Shown here piece after piece: positions 35,528-48,927 of a stretch of 64,000 bases of DNA. The DNA comes from Amoebophrya sp. A120 (lineage: Eukaryota; Protista; Dinoflagellata): positions 15,500,142 to 15,564,141 of the forward strand of contig CAJINV010000001.1 of NCBI GenBank assembly GCA_905178155.1, read 5' to 3'. Below the pieces are notes generated by a model, which saw nothing but the letters and a program-made list of their open reading frames with translations, was not told where the DNA came from and did no database searches. The number at the start of each line of letters is the position of its first letter. The first letter of the stretch is position 1. The translations under genes were made by a program, and so were the position numbers.

Positions 35528-38500
35528 ATGCCCGGCTACCCGTTTCCTCCTCAGCCAATGGGCGAGTCTTGGCCGTCGCGCGGCCTCGGGCTGGAAGCAG
35601 CTCCGGAGCTACCCAGCTCGGCGCGCCCGCGGGGCGCGTTGCAGCGGAAGTGGGCCGCACGGGCGCGGACGGAAAACTTGAACATCATGCTAACGGACGA
35701 GGAAAGAGCGTTACTGGCGCAAAACCGGCGTGCCAACCACGCCTTCGTGCGGCCCCACAGTGCGGTGCAGGAAATGCTGGCCTACGCGACCGTGCCGTAC
35801 AACGAGCAGTACTACACGTCTTCCCCCAGACGGCGGCGGAGAAGCCTCCCACTTGGCCGTCCTAACGGATCTACTGGACGCGCGTACCACGCCAAGCGCT
35901 TTGGAGCACCAGTGTCGCCAAAAAGAGTCGTTGTATCGCCGGAAGTTTACTACGGTGTCTTGTCTCCCTCGCCTTCACGGCGGTCGCTCGGCGGAGGTGT
36001 AGGACAAGCACAGTACGTCGTTGCAGGACCGGAACGATTACGATATGAAATGGAAGTACCACCGCGGCCGGCACAACAGCCGGTCGTGCCAAGCAGAAGC
36101 GTACAATTTCGACCGCCACCCCGAGTCCTTCGAAATGCAACTGCTCAGACGCATGTCGTCGCGACAAACAGTAGAAGTAGAGCCTCCACCTCTGAGAACG
36201 CAAGTGCAAAGCTCGTGGGGCAGCGCGCCGACGCCGAGCACAGCTACGCAGCGAGGTACTCGCAGAGCAGGAAAAGCAAAAAGAGCAGCGCATCCTCTGC
36301 GTCCTCCGCGTCGTCTTCCGTGATCTCAAAGCAGCGCAGCAGCAAGACGAGCGCGCGCGACAGCGAGCGAAGCGGTCCAGAAGTACAGGTGGTGCCTGGA
36401 GGTCGGGGTTCAAGAGCTAGCCGCTCCTCGTTGGCGGGCAAGAAATCGAAGGCAAAACCAGGGACAACAGTAGCTGCGAGTAACAAGCGGAAAAAAGCTT
36501 CCATTCTCGAGCTGGAAGATTACCTAATCAGAGTGGAAAATCGGGAACAAGAGCAGAAGCGAAAAGATCAAGGGCAGGAAGGACAGGAAGTGGCTGCGGT
36601 CGAATCTTCGAGAGCGTCAACACAGAAACAAAAAGACAAGGTGAAGGCGCTTGAAAAAAAGTCTACAATGGAGGAAGCAATCGTGGATGCTGCAGCTCCC
36701 CCTGCACCCGTTGCAACCGGCCAAACCGCGACAGCTGTAAAAGCGCCTGCGCAAACGCAAGCGGATGTTGAAAGCGAAGAAGAGTCATCTTCTGATGATC
36801 TTGGCACGGAACTCCAAGTTGGTGGGTCTGGACAACCACCAGCCACTGCAGCTGCAGCAACGTCTGGAGCAACTTCGAAACAAAAAACGACAGTCGTTGC
36901 TAAAAAGGAACCTGAAGATCATGGGAATGAAGACTCGTCGTCACTTGGAGAACTCGGTGCGCCACCTGCGCCTGCGCTTTCTCGGGAAGCAGCCGCCAAG
37001 GCTCATCAAGTAGCGCCTGTCAAGAAGACCGCTGCGGTGAATAAGGCGCCAGAGGACGACACCAGCGAGTCTGAAGAAGAGGAGACAAGTAGCGAGGAAG
37101 AGGATCATCTTGAACTGGGGATCTCCGGAGGCCCAGGAGCTCCTGCGTCGACGATGCAAGTGAAAAATAAAGGTCCAGAACAACACCGGGAGCAGCAGAA
37201 AAACAAAAACGCGCGTGTCGCGAGCACACGGAACCAAGGAGAAGAGGAGAAGGAGAGTGCAAGAGCATCGGCGGCCGAAGCTGTTCCTCCTGCACAACCA
37301 GGCTCCAGTGCAACCAGTAGGTCTGCAGAAAAGGAAGCAAACCGACCAAAAACGACGAATCTACGGGACCTGCTGAACTCTGCCGACCGACCAAAGACGA
37401 CGACAGCACCAGAAGGGAAGACAAGATCGCAACTACCGAGAAACAAATCAAAAGGAGCAAAGGCCGTGTATGTGGTACCGCCCGCAGAAGAAATAGAGGT
37501 GGTTTACCTCTCTCCGAGATCGGCGGGGCGGGGTTTATTTACCGGGACTAAAGGGACCAACAAGCAGTTTTTACCTAAGTCGAGGAAATCGTCGGGGAAG
37601 TTAAAGAAGCGAAGGAAAGCAGAAATTCAAGCGGAGGAAGATGCGCCGTCCTCTCCGAGCAGCGCAAAGGGAAGACCAAAAACTGTCAATGTTGACGCCA
37701 TCGTTCCAGCGCACATGAGATACGCACAGACTTTCGAGGTGGTGTTCGCGAACTATCTCACGACCAGCGTCCCGCTGCGCGAGTTTTTGGTGGACAATGT
37801 GCAGCAAGTGAAGGTACAGCTCGAATGCACAAAAATGTCGATTTTTACCGAAATTCGTGTGAAAAATCTGTGCTCTATTCTGCATGGTGTGATAGGTCCT
37901 GGACAGTTTTTTTGGGACTTTGTTTACCTCCGTTTTGTGCCTGAAAAACACAGCAAGCCACTGAGATTGTATTTTTGCGGGACTTTTCACTGCAGGAGTG
38001 CTCGTAGATTTTTGCAAAAAAACTGTGCTCTATTCTGCACGGTGTGATAGGTCCTGGACAGGTTTTTGTGCCTTTTTTGACCTCCGTTCTGTGCCTGAAA
38101 AACACAGCAAGCCACCGAGATTGTATTTTTGCGGGACTTTTCACTGCAGGAGTGCTCGTAGACTTTTGCAAAAAAACTGTGCTCTATTCTGCACGGTGTG
38201 ATAGGTCCTGGACAGGTTTTTGTGCCTTTTTTGACCTCCGTTCTGTGCCTGAAAAACACAGCAAGCCACCGAGATTGTATTTTTGCGGGACTTTTCACTG
38301 CAGGAGTGCTCGTAGACTTTTGCAAAAAAACTGTGCTCTATTCTGCACGGTGTGATAGGTCCTGGACAGGTTTTTGTGCCTTTTTTGACCTCCGTTCTGT
38401 GCCTGAAAAACACAGCAAGCCACCGAGATTGTATTTTTGCGGGACTTTTCACTGCAGGAGTGCTCGTAGACTTTTGCAAAAAAACTGTGCTCTATTCTGC

Positions 38501-41374
38501 ACGGTGTGATAGGTCCTGGACAGGTTTTTGTGCCTTTTTTGACCTCCGTTCTGTGCCTGAAAAACACAGCAAGCCACCGAGATTGTATTTTTGCGGGACT
38601 TTTCACTGCAGGAGTGCTCGTAGACTTTTGCAAAAAAACTGTGCTCTATTCTGCACGGTGTGATAGGTCCTGGACAGGTTTTTGTGCCTTTTTTGACCTC
38701 CGTTCTGTGCCTGAAAAACACAGCAAGCCACCGAGATTGTATTTTTGCGGGACTTTTCACTGCAGGAGTGCTCGTAGACTTTTGCAAAAAAACTGTGCTC
38801 TATTCTGCACGGTGTGATAGGTCCTGGACAGGTTTTTGTGCCTTTTTTGACCTCCGTTCTGTGCCTGAAAAACACAGCAAGCCACCGAGATTGTATTTTT
38901 GCGGGACTTTTCACTGCAGGAGTGCTCGTAGACTTTTGCAAAAAAACTGTGCTCTATTCTGCACGGTGTGATAGGTCCTGGACAGGTTTTTGTGCCTTTT
39001 TTGACCTCCGTTCTGTGCCTGAAAAACACAGCAAGCCACCGAGATTGTATTTTTGCGGGACTTTTCACTGCAGGAGTGCTCGTAGACTTTTGCAAAAAAA
39101 CTGTGCTCTATTCTGCACGGTGTGATAGGTCCTGGACAGGTTTTTGTGCCTTTTTTGACCTCCGTTCTGTGCCTGAAAAACACAGCAAGCCACCGAGATT
39201 GTATTTTTGCGGGACTTTTCACTGCAGGAGTGCTCGTAGACTTTTGCAAAAAAACTGTGCTCTATTCTGCACGGTGTGATAGGTCCTGGACAGGTTTTTG
39301 TGCCTTTTTTGACCTCCGTTCTGTGCCTGAAAAACACAGCAAGCCACCGAGATTGTATTTGTGCGGGACTTTTCACTGCAGGAGTGCTGGCCGACTTTTG
39401 CAAAAAAAGTGTGCTCTATTCTGCACGGTGTGATAGGTCCTGGACTGTTTTTTGTGTCTTTTTTGACCTCCGTTCTGTGCCTGAAAAACACAGCAAGCCA
39501 TCGAGATTGTATTTGTGCGGGACTTTTCACTGCAGGAGTGCTCGGAGACTTTTGCAAAAGAAGTGTGCTCTATTCTGCGCGGTGTGATAGGTCCTGGACA
39601 GGTTTTTGTGCCTTTTTTGACCTCCGTTCTGTGCCTGAAAAACATAGCAAGCCACCGAGATTGTATTTATGCGGGACTTTTCACTGCAGGAGTGCTCGTA
39701 AACTTTTTCGAAAAATCTGTGCTCTATTCCGCATGGTGTGACAGGTCCTGGAGATTCTTCGGCTGTATGTTTTCCTTTGCGCTTGTTAGCTAACAGTAAC
39801 AGACATTCTCCTTCTTTATCCTTGAAGAAAAACAAAAAAAAATCACCCCGACCCAGGTATCCGCCCTGACCTTCGAAGCAATCGAGCTGGCGCCAGCTCT
39901 TCTACGCTGGAAAAGAACTACGGCTCGGACGAAAAAAGACCAGCTTACCGTTTGCGATCTCACGTACCTTCTGGCGTTCTGCGTCACACAGCGGAAGCAG
40001 ACGCTGCTGCGCGATGCACGTGCAGCCGGCGAGTTTGTGTTCGACGTGATGCTGGAATTACGCGATGCGGTAGCTGCGTCATCGGAAAAATCACCAAACC
40101 GGCTGCCCGAGCCGGAGGAGCTACTGGTCATGGCGGAAGACGCGTTTTCCCTGCTTTTGAAATACACAAAATTGGAGAAGGGCTCCCTAAAATTGTGGCA
40201 GCGTCGCACAGACTCCATGCTCCTAAGCGGGTCTACGTCACCAGCAGATCATGGTGCGCCCGAGGCACTGGTGCATGTACAAGACCACTCCGCGTCTGCG
40301 GCAACAAGTAACGCTAAAAACGCGAAAAACGGAACGCATGTCGCCGTTGACAGCAATAGCTTGCAGGACGAGATTTCATCGCTGCGAGCCCGCACAGAAA
40401 ATGCCGCTCCAGTGGAGACCGTCGTAAACCAGACCGCATTTCTTGCCAGAAATTCGGTCACGACCGCAGACGCGTCTGAGTCACGGGCGATCCCTAAGAA
40501 CGCTGCGGCTACCAGGGCGGAAACGAGCGAAATTCGTCCTGCGGGTCGACTCGTGCTTAATACCGCACCTTCTCCGAAAAATGGTTCAGAGCGAAGAGAT
40601 GAAGCACCGAATGTTGCCGCTGTTCATCCCGAAGAAGCGCCTGAGGAGCTGCTTTTCGCAGACGAGCAGTCGCTTCCTTCCGCCTCTCCGCCAGCGATCT
40701 CGCCACAAGATCAGTTGCTGAGTGTCTTGCACAAGAAGGACCTGATGACTGCCCGTGGAATCGATGTCACCGAAGTGATGCGACTTGAGAAGGAATATCC
40801 ACAAAAAAATGACCATCCCCATCCAAGTTGTCATGCAAAACATATATCATGAAGTCCAAGTCCTGTGTTTGTCATGCGTAAAACGGATGGGGATGGTTGT
40901 TTTTTCCTGGATAAGGAAATGCCGGCCGCGGGCCGGCGCACTGGCGTGCGAAACCCCGCCCTCCCGACCGTGAAGGAGCACAACCTGGCGCAGCGAAAAC
41001 AGCGTTTGTTCGGTGTGAAGCAGCCGCCAGTACTAGAAGGGAAAAATAACGCATCTACTTCATCAACATCAAGAGATCATTCTGGAGCAAGGCCAAGGGC
41101 GAGGCTTGTCGCAGATGCGGAAGATGAACCGCCGTCCTACCTGGACGAAATTTCCGTCCGTCGGGGTCGAGGTGCGTGTGGCCCGCCGGGCGGAATGAGC
41201 TACTCAGCGTACGGAAAATACATCTGCGGGGGTGAGATGGAAGCGCGCATGGTTGCGATGGAACAAGACGCACTGAAAAGGACCAAGGCAGTCGCAAGAA
41301 GAAATGCCACAAGACCAAACGCAAATGCAACCAATTTGATGTCCCCGGAACTAGCCACGACGTTTACCTTATGA
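35528..41374 (+). CDS. Hypothetical low-complexity protein
   Basis: Exon 35528-37813, GT-AG intron 37814-39856 (satellite), exon 39857-40795, introner 40796-40913, last exon to 41374. All join in frame. Confidence 0.65.
37862..39752. repeat. 154-bp tandem satellite, ~12.3 copies, intronic
   Basis: GTGCTCTATT recurs at 37870, 38025, 38179 ... 39719. Central copies are identical and edge copies diverged. Confidence 0.97.
40796..40913. mobile_element. TAT..ATA introner, short (118 bp)
   Basis: TIR TATCCACAAAAAAATGACCATCCCCATCC / GGATGGGGATGGTTGTTTTTTCCTGGATA. Perfect TSD AGGAA. Joins RLEKE-MPAAG. Confidence 0.92.
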
Positions 41375-41819
41375 GCGCGAATAGCCCGAAATAAAGGCAC
41401 AAGAAGTTTAATAGCTTGACGAAGTAGAAGTCCTCGTCCTGGCTTCAGTTTTCTCTGCTCTCAATGTCAACTGTGAGTGTAGATATTCGACCGTGCTCTT
41501 GTTCTACCTCGATGATCTTCTTGGGAGCATATGACAAATCGAGAGAAGCAGGCTCTTCATCTGCCGTCAGAGACAGAGAATTAGGGCAATGCTAGTAACA
41601 CATCCATCACCAAGAGAATAGCGGTTGCTCCTCCTTCATCTGGCTTGGCTCTGGATCTGGGGAAGGGGGCAAGCAGAGTGTGAGAGGTGAGTGAGACAGA
41701 GGGGCCTGCAGCGCAGCAAGCGTGGAGCACGTTTTGCTATGATCTCCAAACTTCATTCTTGCACTACTAGTGGCCATTTTCACTGCACACCACCTTACTT
41801 CCCTGCAACAAGAAAGAAG

Positions 41820-44141
41820 ATGGCCTCTCCTGTCATTGAACCGCAGCCACCTCCGCCGAAGGTTGCCATTATCGGCGCGGGCGTAGCGGGTATTTCCGCA
41901 GCGCGCGTTTTTCTGCACCACCCCGCGAAGCCCGCTGTTGTCGTGTTCGAAGCGGGCGGCGACGTGGGCGGCGTGTGGACGTACAACTACAGTGGTTTCG
42001 GGTTGCAAGTCCCCTCGCGCCTGTACGAATTTCCGGACATGCGGAACCCCTACGTTGCCGATCACGAGTACCCGGACGGCCCGACGGTGCAGAAGTACAT
42101 TGCAGACTACGCCGAGAAATTTGATGTGACAAAGCGAATTGAATTTAACACCGTGGTCGTGAAGTTGGAACCGGGGGGCGAGGGGGAATGTGGATGGTTG
42201 GTCACCACAAAGAATAACACCACCACGACGTGCGGGACTACTAGCTCGGGAAATGTAGATGAAGAAGGAGCAACCACGACTACGACTTTCTTCGACTACG
42301 TGCTTTGCTGCAGCGGAATTTACAACCAACGCAACAAGGTGATTCCAAGTTATCCGATCGTTTCGGTTTCCGAGAGTAAGAACACTGGAATAAAAATGTC
42401 GACCGAAATAAAAATCGAACCTTCTTGTTCCACTTCCACCTGCGATAACACGACCATCCCATCCATCGTGCACTCCGTGGACTTCACTGACAGTACAATC
42501 GCGACCGGAAAAAACGTCCTCGTCGTCGGCTACGGCAAATCCGCATTTGACTGTGCCCAAGCGGCTTCCCGCGCGGGGGCGCTCTCCACGTCGCTCGTGT
42601 TTCGACAGGCACACTGGCCCGTCCCGCGGAACATTTTAGGTTTCCTGCCCTTCGAATACGCGACGTTCTCCCGGATCGGAAGTGGGCTCCTACGACCGAG
42701 GTATCCCTGTTCTGCTGCCGCGGGACCCTCCTCATCCTTGTTCGGCAAGAAGTCTCTCGGCGGGATTTCCTTGGGTCTCCTTCCCTCCTCCAGCACTCCA
42801 AAAGTTTTGGGCAACATCTTCCGAAATTTCGGATCTCTTTTGACGCAATGCTGGCACCGCTTTTGCGAAAGCCTGTACAAAACTGTGCACGACAGCAAGA
42901 TCGGCACATGGCTGCTCATGAACGTGTGGAACAAGGTGATTGCGAATGTGTTCGCGTTGCAGATGCGGTTTTTCAACACTGGCAGTCTCCTGCGCCCGCG
43001 CAGGTCCTTCACCGACGATTTCTGGTCCGGTCACGGCGTGCTACCGCGGCCGGATTTTTTCACCGACATTCACAACGGCGCCATCAAACCCATCCGCGGC
43101 GAGATCAAGGGCCTGAAGCCGGGGAAGGAGGTCCTGGTCGCGGAATTACATGACGAGTTGACACACGATGAAGACGTGAGCTACACCACAATCCCCTGCG
43201 ACTTGATCATTCTCGGTACCGGTTTTCACCAGGATTGGAGCTTTTTTCCAACCGAATTCCAAAAAACCGTTGATCACGATGGTCTGTGGCTGTACCGCAA
43301 CATGATTCACCCCGATTTTCCCAATCTCGGCTTTGTCGGCAGCAACGTGACCACGTTCACTAACATCACCAACCCCGGGATCCAGGCCCGCTGGCTAGCG
43401 GAAATGTGGTTCACCGAAGCGCGGAGTCGGGACTTGCTGAAAGAGGGAACAACAACAGTCGGAGCACTAGCGGGCGAAGAAAATGGTCACCAGAACACTA
43501 TCGTGAACCTGAAAGTCACAACGAATCCGACGCAGGCCCTGCCCGACCGCGAAGTGATGCGCGACGCCATTGAGCAGACGAAAGCCTGGAAACGCGCTTC
43601 CATGCCGTACGCCGGGAAGGCGCGGGCGTACATGATTCAGACCCACCACATCCACTACTTTGACGAACTTTTGACCGATTTGGGCATCAGCACCTACCGG
43701 AAAGGGAATATTTTCAAGGAGATGTTTGAGCCGTACCGGCCGCGCGACTACGGCGACGTGGTGTCCGGGGAGTACTTTGAGAAGCTGGAACCGGTGATGC
43801 TGTTGGAAACAACTGTTGCCGCAGCTGGAGAGGAAGTTGCGGCAGTAAAACAGGCTGAGGTCGTGGTCCGTGTTGCAGAAATGCTAACTGAGCAGGTGAA
43901 TAAGCACCAGAGCGAGTTGGTCGAAGCAGAGAAGATCCCGTTGCATAAATCGAAATCATCTTGTGCGGACGATTTTTCCAGAAAGTGCAGTTTGACGTCG
44001 ACCGCTGCAAGCAGATCCACGGCGGTCCTCAGTATTTTCAGTGCTGACGGGGATCTTTTGGAAGAGGGAACCGCGGATGCGGAGCCCATTGCCTCGCGAA
44101 CTACGGAGTCCTACGCGGACACAACCTGTGCCGGGGCGTGA
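41820..44141 (+). CDS. Flavin-containing monooxygenase (FMO-like)
   Basis: KVAIIGAGVAG, FEAGGDVGGVW, IVHSVDF, VLVVGYGKSAFD and DLIILGTGF. Intronless. Confidence 0.9.
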   Translation: MASPVIEPQPPPPKVAIIGAGVAGISAARVFLHHPAKPAVVVFEAGGDVGGVWTYNYSGFGLQVPSRLYEFPDMRNPYVADHEYPDGPTVQKYIADYAEKFDVTKRIEFNTVVVKLEPGGEGECGWLVTTKNNTTTTCGTTSSGNVDEEGATTTTTFFDYVLCCSGIYNQRNKVIPSYPIVSVSESKNTGIKMSTEIKIEPSCSTSTCDNTTIPSIVHSVDFTDSTIATGKNVLVVGYGKSAFDCAQAASRAGALSTSLVFRQAHWPVPRNILGFLPFEYATFSRIGSGLLRPRYPCSAAAGPSSSLFGKKSLGGISLGLLPSSSTPKVLGNIFRNFGSLLTQCWHRFCESLYKTVHDSKIGTWLLMNVWNKVIANVFALQMRFFNTGSLLRPRRSFTDDFWSGHGVLPRPDFFTDIHNGAIKPIRGEIKGLKPGKEVLVAELHDELTHDEDVSYTTIPCDLIILGTGFHQDWSFFPTEFQKTVDHDGLWLYRNMIHPDFPNLGFVGSNVTTFTNITNPGIQARWLAEMWFTEARSRDLLKEGTTTVGALAGEENGHQNTIVNLKVTTNPTQALPDREVMRDAIEQTKAWKRASMPYAGKARAYMIQTHHIHYFDELLTDLGISTYRKGNIFKEMFEPYRPRDYGDVVSGEYFEKLEPVMLLETTVAAAGEEVAAVKQAEVVVRVAEMLTEQVNKHQSELVEAEKIPLHKSKSSCADDFSRKCSLTSTAASRSTAVLSIFSADGDLLEEGTADAEPIASRTTESYADTTCAGA

Positions 44142-45051
44142 ACCGGGAATCGGTCAAGTGTGCAATAGCCGTTTTTGGAGTTTTGTTTGTTTCATGATGA
44201 AAAGAATGACGGCGACGGCAGTAGAAGTAGTGATTTTTTCGGCAATTTCGTGCTGATATAATTCAGCAACTGACGCGGTACGCGAAATTTTTTTTGAATA
44301 CGCTATTTACCTGCTTCGGGTTCGAACACGCAAAGCTGAAAATTAATACTAACCATCAATAGAAGATACAACTAAAGACAATTGATGACCATGAACAACA
44401 AAGACGAAGACGCTATCTTGTTTCCCTCGATGCCGTTGCCGTTCTCGGTTTGATGTCTTTGTGTTGAATTCCGAAACCTTTCTCCCCGACAATAATTCAT
44501 CTCCTTCGCCTCCGGTCTGGTAGACGCGATGCTTTCTCCTGTGTTCGTTTTTCTTGAGGCCGACCTGCTGTGAAAGTTTTTTTCGACCTTAATATTCCGA
44601 TCATCCGCCACTGCGATGGCACCCAAACTTTTTTTGACAATGCGCATGTTGTTTTTGTGAGAGAGGCAAGCATGTTGATTGATGTTTTTTTCGCTGTTTA
44701 GTTCATTTCCGACGAATTGTGGGCTTTTTTGTGTTGCCCTTGAAAGGAGTTGGAAGATGGTGCGTCGGTCTCTTTTTTTTGAAGTTGAAAGAATTTCAAC
44801 TTCCACTCCAGGATCCGTTCCGCATCTTTTTTTTTTGGTCCAAATAAGACACAGTAGATCATGATCCCCACCTCCACCTTGTTGCATACGCATTTCTAAG
44901 TAACTTTTTCGTGTGTCTTCGTCTCTTCCCGCCATCTCACCTACAATATACGAATATCATTTTTCACAGCTAGAGGTGGTCGTTGTTTTCTTTTCTGCGT
45001 TGTTTCCTCTGTAGTTTTCGCTCGAATATTGCAGTCCTCGGGGTCATCAAC

Positions 45052-48000
45052 ATGGCGCTCCTGGCGTCAGGTAGTACAGGTGTGGAGCTGCAGATCTTGC
45101 GGTACCTCATCCAACAGGTCGGGGGAAACGGAGTGGAAACCCAGCGTTTGAGCCAGCTGTTGGACGAGAAGCAGAGGCAGGATGAGACGGAGCAACGTAC
45201 TTACAGTCATCTTTGAGTGATCTGTACTGGCGTGCATTGACGAATTCAAATTGGAAATAGAATTGAAAAGTCTCTCCTGAATGTGAACGGTTACTTAATT
45301 GCAGCCAAGTTCGCCTGGAAACAAAAACTGTGAATCGATGGTGGCGTTGTAGTTGTGAGTACTTACATAGATCTCACACGTGCAAAACGCACAGGTAAAA
45401 GCGCTCTGCTTGAGCAACGAGTCCAACTGCTCGAGCAGCAACTCCGACAGCAGGGTCAGCAACAAGGCAACGGCCTCCACTCTCCGTCATCCATGAGCCA
45501 GGCCGGTCAACAGGCGACCAACGACCTGATGAAGGGGTTTAGCAACGCCGGTCTGGAGATCCTCAAGATGGGCACCCACCAGCAGACCGCCGCAATCGCG
45601 GAGCAGATGGCCGAAAATATGGCCAGCAAGTACGCCCACGTCGAGATCCAGCAGCTCCGGGCGGAACTGGAGAAGGCAAAACTGCAGGCGGAAAGCGACA
45701 ACAAGCAGCATTCGACGCTGCTGGCCGCGTGCGAGCGGGACCTGCACGACTTCTCCTCCGCGCTGGAGGCCGTGAACGTGGAGCTGGACGAGCAGAAAAC
45801 GCGGTCCGAATTCCTCGTCAACTCCCGGATTAAGTCCCTCGAGGACCGCGTTGCGGAGCAGCTGGCCGAACTCCAGTCCGCGTTTGGGCGGCACGAGGAC
45901 TGGATGAACCAGGAAGTCGTTCCTTCCGTGAACGCGTTGGACCACCGGCTATCGAAGACAAAGGACAACAATGAGGAGGAGAAGAACACGCTGCAGAAAG
46001 AGCTCAGCGAGCTGCAGGAGTCCACGGCGGAGCGCACCGGGGAGGTGGACAGTCGGATTGGGAAGCTGGAGGAGCAGCTCTTCGGACTGAAACTCGAGGT
46101 GCTGAATGCGATGAACAGCAGCAGGGACATCCTGAAGGACTTCGAGGAGCAGGAGGTGCAGAAGACGAAAACCGAGCAGCTGCGGGAAAAGGACGTGCGC
46201 ATCTTGGCGAACGACTTGACCAAGTTGAAAAGCACGCTGCTGCTGGCCGAAGAGGGCGTGGAGGACGATCCGAGGAAACGCTTGTCATTCTTCACCAAGG
46301 AGCTCATGCGCGAGGACGAGAGTGGGGAGGTGGATAACAATTCAAACTCGATGTTGCCATTTCATCAGCAAGATAAGGTCAACCAAAAGCATGGGAGCCA
46401 ACAGCCAGGAGGTGACAACTTCATGGGCCGCGGCCAGGCAGGGTAAGTTCAAGCTGTCCTCGAAGTAGGTCTGTATAACAAAAGTGGCTGCCACCTTTTT
46501 GTTTTTTTCATCTCTCTATGTTGTTTTCACACTCATACCTAGGAATCTCGTTGTCGTTGTTTTTCAGTTCCTTTCCTCTTTCTTTCGTACTACCCTCGAT
46601 AGTAGAACAAAACAACATCAGGTTCTCTACCTCCTCCAGCCCCAACAAGCAGAAGCAATTTAATTTCCAGCCGGATTTCCTTGAAGCTCTTATTGCGCAG
46701 TTGGTGGCCCGCACGAACCTGGAGCACCGCTTTTCCACCGTCGAAGATACCGTCGAGAAGAAGAACACGAAATTTGACCTGCAGCTCACTAGCCTGCACA
46801 CCGGGTTCGACGAGTACCGCCGGGAGGTGCAAACAACCAAAGAGCAGCTGGTGAACTTGGCGGAACACTTCAAGGCAGCGTTTGCGCATCCCATGTTCAG
46901 CTTTGGGCAGAACAAGACGACAACAGCTGCATCTTCTGGCTCTACATCTAGCGGTGATTTCGCGAGCAAAAACTGGAACCCATTGGCGGATCCGCGACAG
47001 ACTAACATGCCAAGTTTGGCATTGCCGGGGATTCGCTCACCGACGGAACTGGGCTCTTCGTCACTGCCCATGACAAGCCTGGACATGATTAGTAACGGGG
47101 ACAACGTCAAGCCAACAAACTCGTCGCAAGTTGTGCGGGCTGGTGCGGACGGCGCTGGCACGCTTGCATCGCCACCGAGATCTCCCAGGGGGAATCAGGT
47201 AAAATAGCAGATGCTTGTTCGCGATCAGCTTGGACGACCGGATATTGGACTAGTACGTAGGTTTGTTTTGACACTTCTGCTTTTTCACGGACGCCGACAG
47301 CTAAAAAAATAAAGTAAAATCTTGATCTTCAGGTTACCGATACCAGCGGGACGGGGAAAAAAGTCGAAGTCAGCGGCCTGTTCAACTCCTTCGAAGGCTA
47401 CTTCACCGAAAAGATTTCGCACCACGTGATTCACTCGTTTTCCGACAAAATTGCCCAGCTTCAACTGCTTATTGAGGAGCGCGCGCCGAGCAGAAAGCTT
47501 GAGGACCTGTCCCAAACGACGGAGCACTTGGCGGAAGGCGTTTTCAAGCTCGCGCAGGTGACTGGTGTGATCCCGCCGAAAACTAGTACACCAGCAAGCG
47601 AGCCATCGTCTGCAGCCGTTGGAGTTCAGAGAGAGGAGCACCAACAAAACCAATCCACCTACAGCCACTTACAGGAGTTCGATTCCTGGAAGGAAAGATC
47701 GCGGCTCCTTCCGCTCCGGATAGAGAAGGTGTGGCGAGCCCGGTGTGCGAACAAATGCCGCAACGTGCTGGACATGGTCGCCAAGAAGGCGGATTTGGGG
47801 CTACTGAAACTCTTACAGCAGTCGGTCCACGATCTGGAGCTGCAGATGCTGTCTTCGCGAAACCAACTTACCGCGTATCGCATGACTACTGTGCCGCCCA
47901 TGACGATGTTTCCGGGCAAGAATTTTTCTTGCAACAGCAATTCGCAACAAGAAGCAGGGCAATTTCGCGGTCACTCGCAGCACCAGCAGGCTGGGACGAG

Positions 48001-48927
48001 TGGAAGTGGTTTGCGATTGTTGATGCGGGAGGAGGAACCATACCATGAAAGCAAGTTGCAGAACGGAACCGCCGCAGTCTCCTCGAACTCCAGGCAGTTT
48101 GAACACAGGAGCTATGACGAGCGCGAGGCCGGGTTTGAATCTGTGTATGGGAATGCTTCGCGACAGCAGCACTCACTTCGTACTTCGTTTTATTCTTGTT
48201 CTACTTCTAGCTATTATTTGAGTATGCGAAATACAAATATCAAGTGGGCATGCACTTCATCCACTGCTAGTGATCTGCAGAACAAAAGAATGTTTTGAAA
48301 AAATGCAAATCAACAACAGCCCCATCCCGTCCGAGAAGTGCACATGGTGTGACGACGGTGAGTGCCGGTAGAGCGCGGGACACTTCTCCGCCAAACAGCA
48401 GCCGGAACGTAGAGCAGCAACGACAGGCGGCCCGAGGTGTCGTCGAAAGCGCGTCGTCGCACTACAACAACTCGCAACACCACGAGAACGCCGTTGAAAG
48501 CTCCACTTCAGGTTCGCACTTGCGATTCGGCACGCAGCAGCAAAAAGTGCCAGCGGCTGATCCGCTGGGCTCCACCATGAAGGGCCTGTTAGAAGGCCCG
48601 CCGCCCAGCCATCTCTCCACGTTTGGAAGTACGCCGCGACGAAACTACGCAAATGAGCAGCAGACGAACAAAGTACAAAATCACCAACGCATGCTTGTCA
48701 GCTCGCCGCATTTCGGGAACTTTGCCGGCTCGACGGGTGGAGCTACGGCCTCGAATCACACTAATGTTGCCGCGTCCTCAGTTGTACCGCAGGCTGACTT
48801 CCTGTCCTACAGCGAGCAGGATCAGGACCCCTGCGTTCCGAGTGTCAAAGTGAACCAGATGCACCCACAGCGTCCGCAGCCGACGCATCCCGGACGGGTT
48901 CTGAAAATGCGCGAGGAGCATTACTAG
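45052..48927 (+). CDS. Hypothetical multi-exon coiled-coil protein
   Basis: Consecutive + ORFs separated by GT-AG-like introns (first 45197-45394). Long heptad-rich segment. Later exon boundaries are not resolved. Confidence 0.55.

Noticed and set aside
37875-39835. Repeated 103/112-aa ORFs
   Set aside because: Translations of the 154-bp satellite; the period is not a multiple of 3 and the region is intronic.
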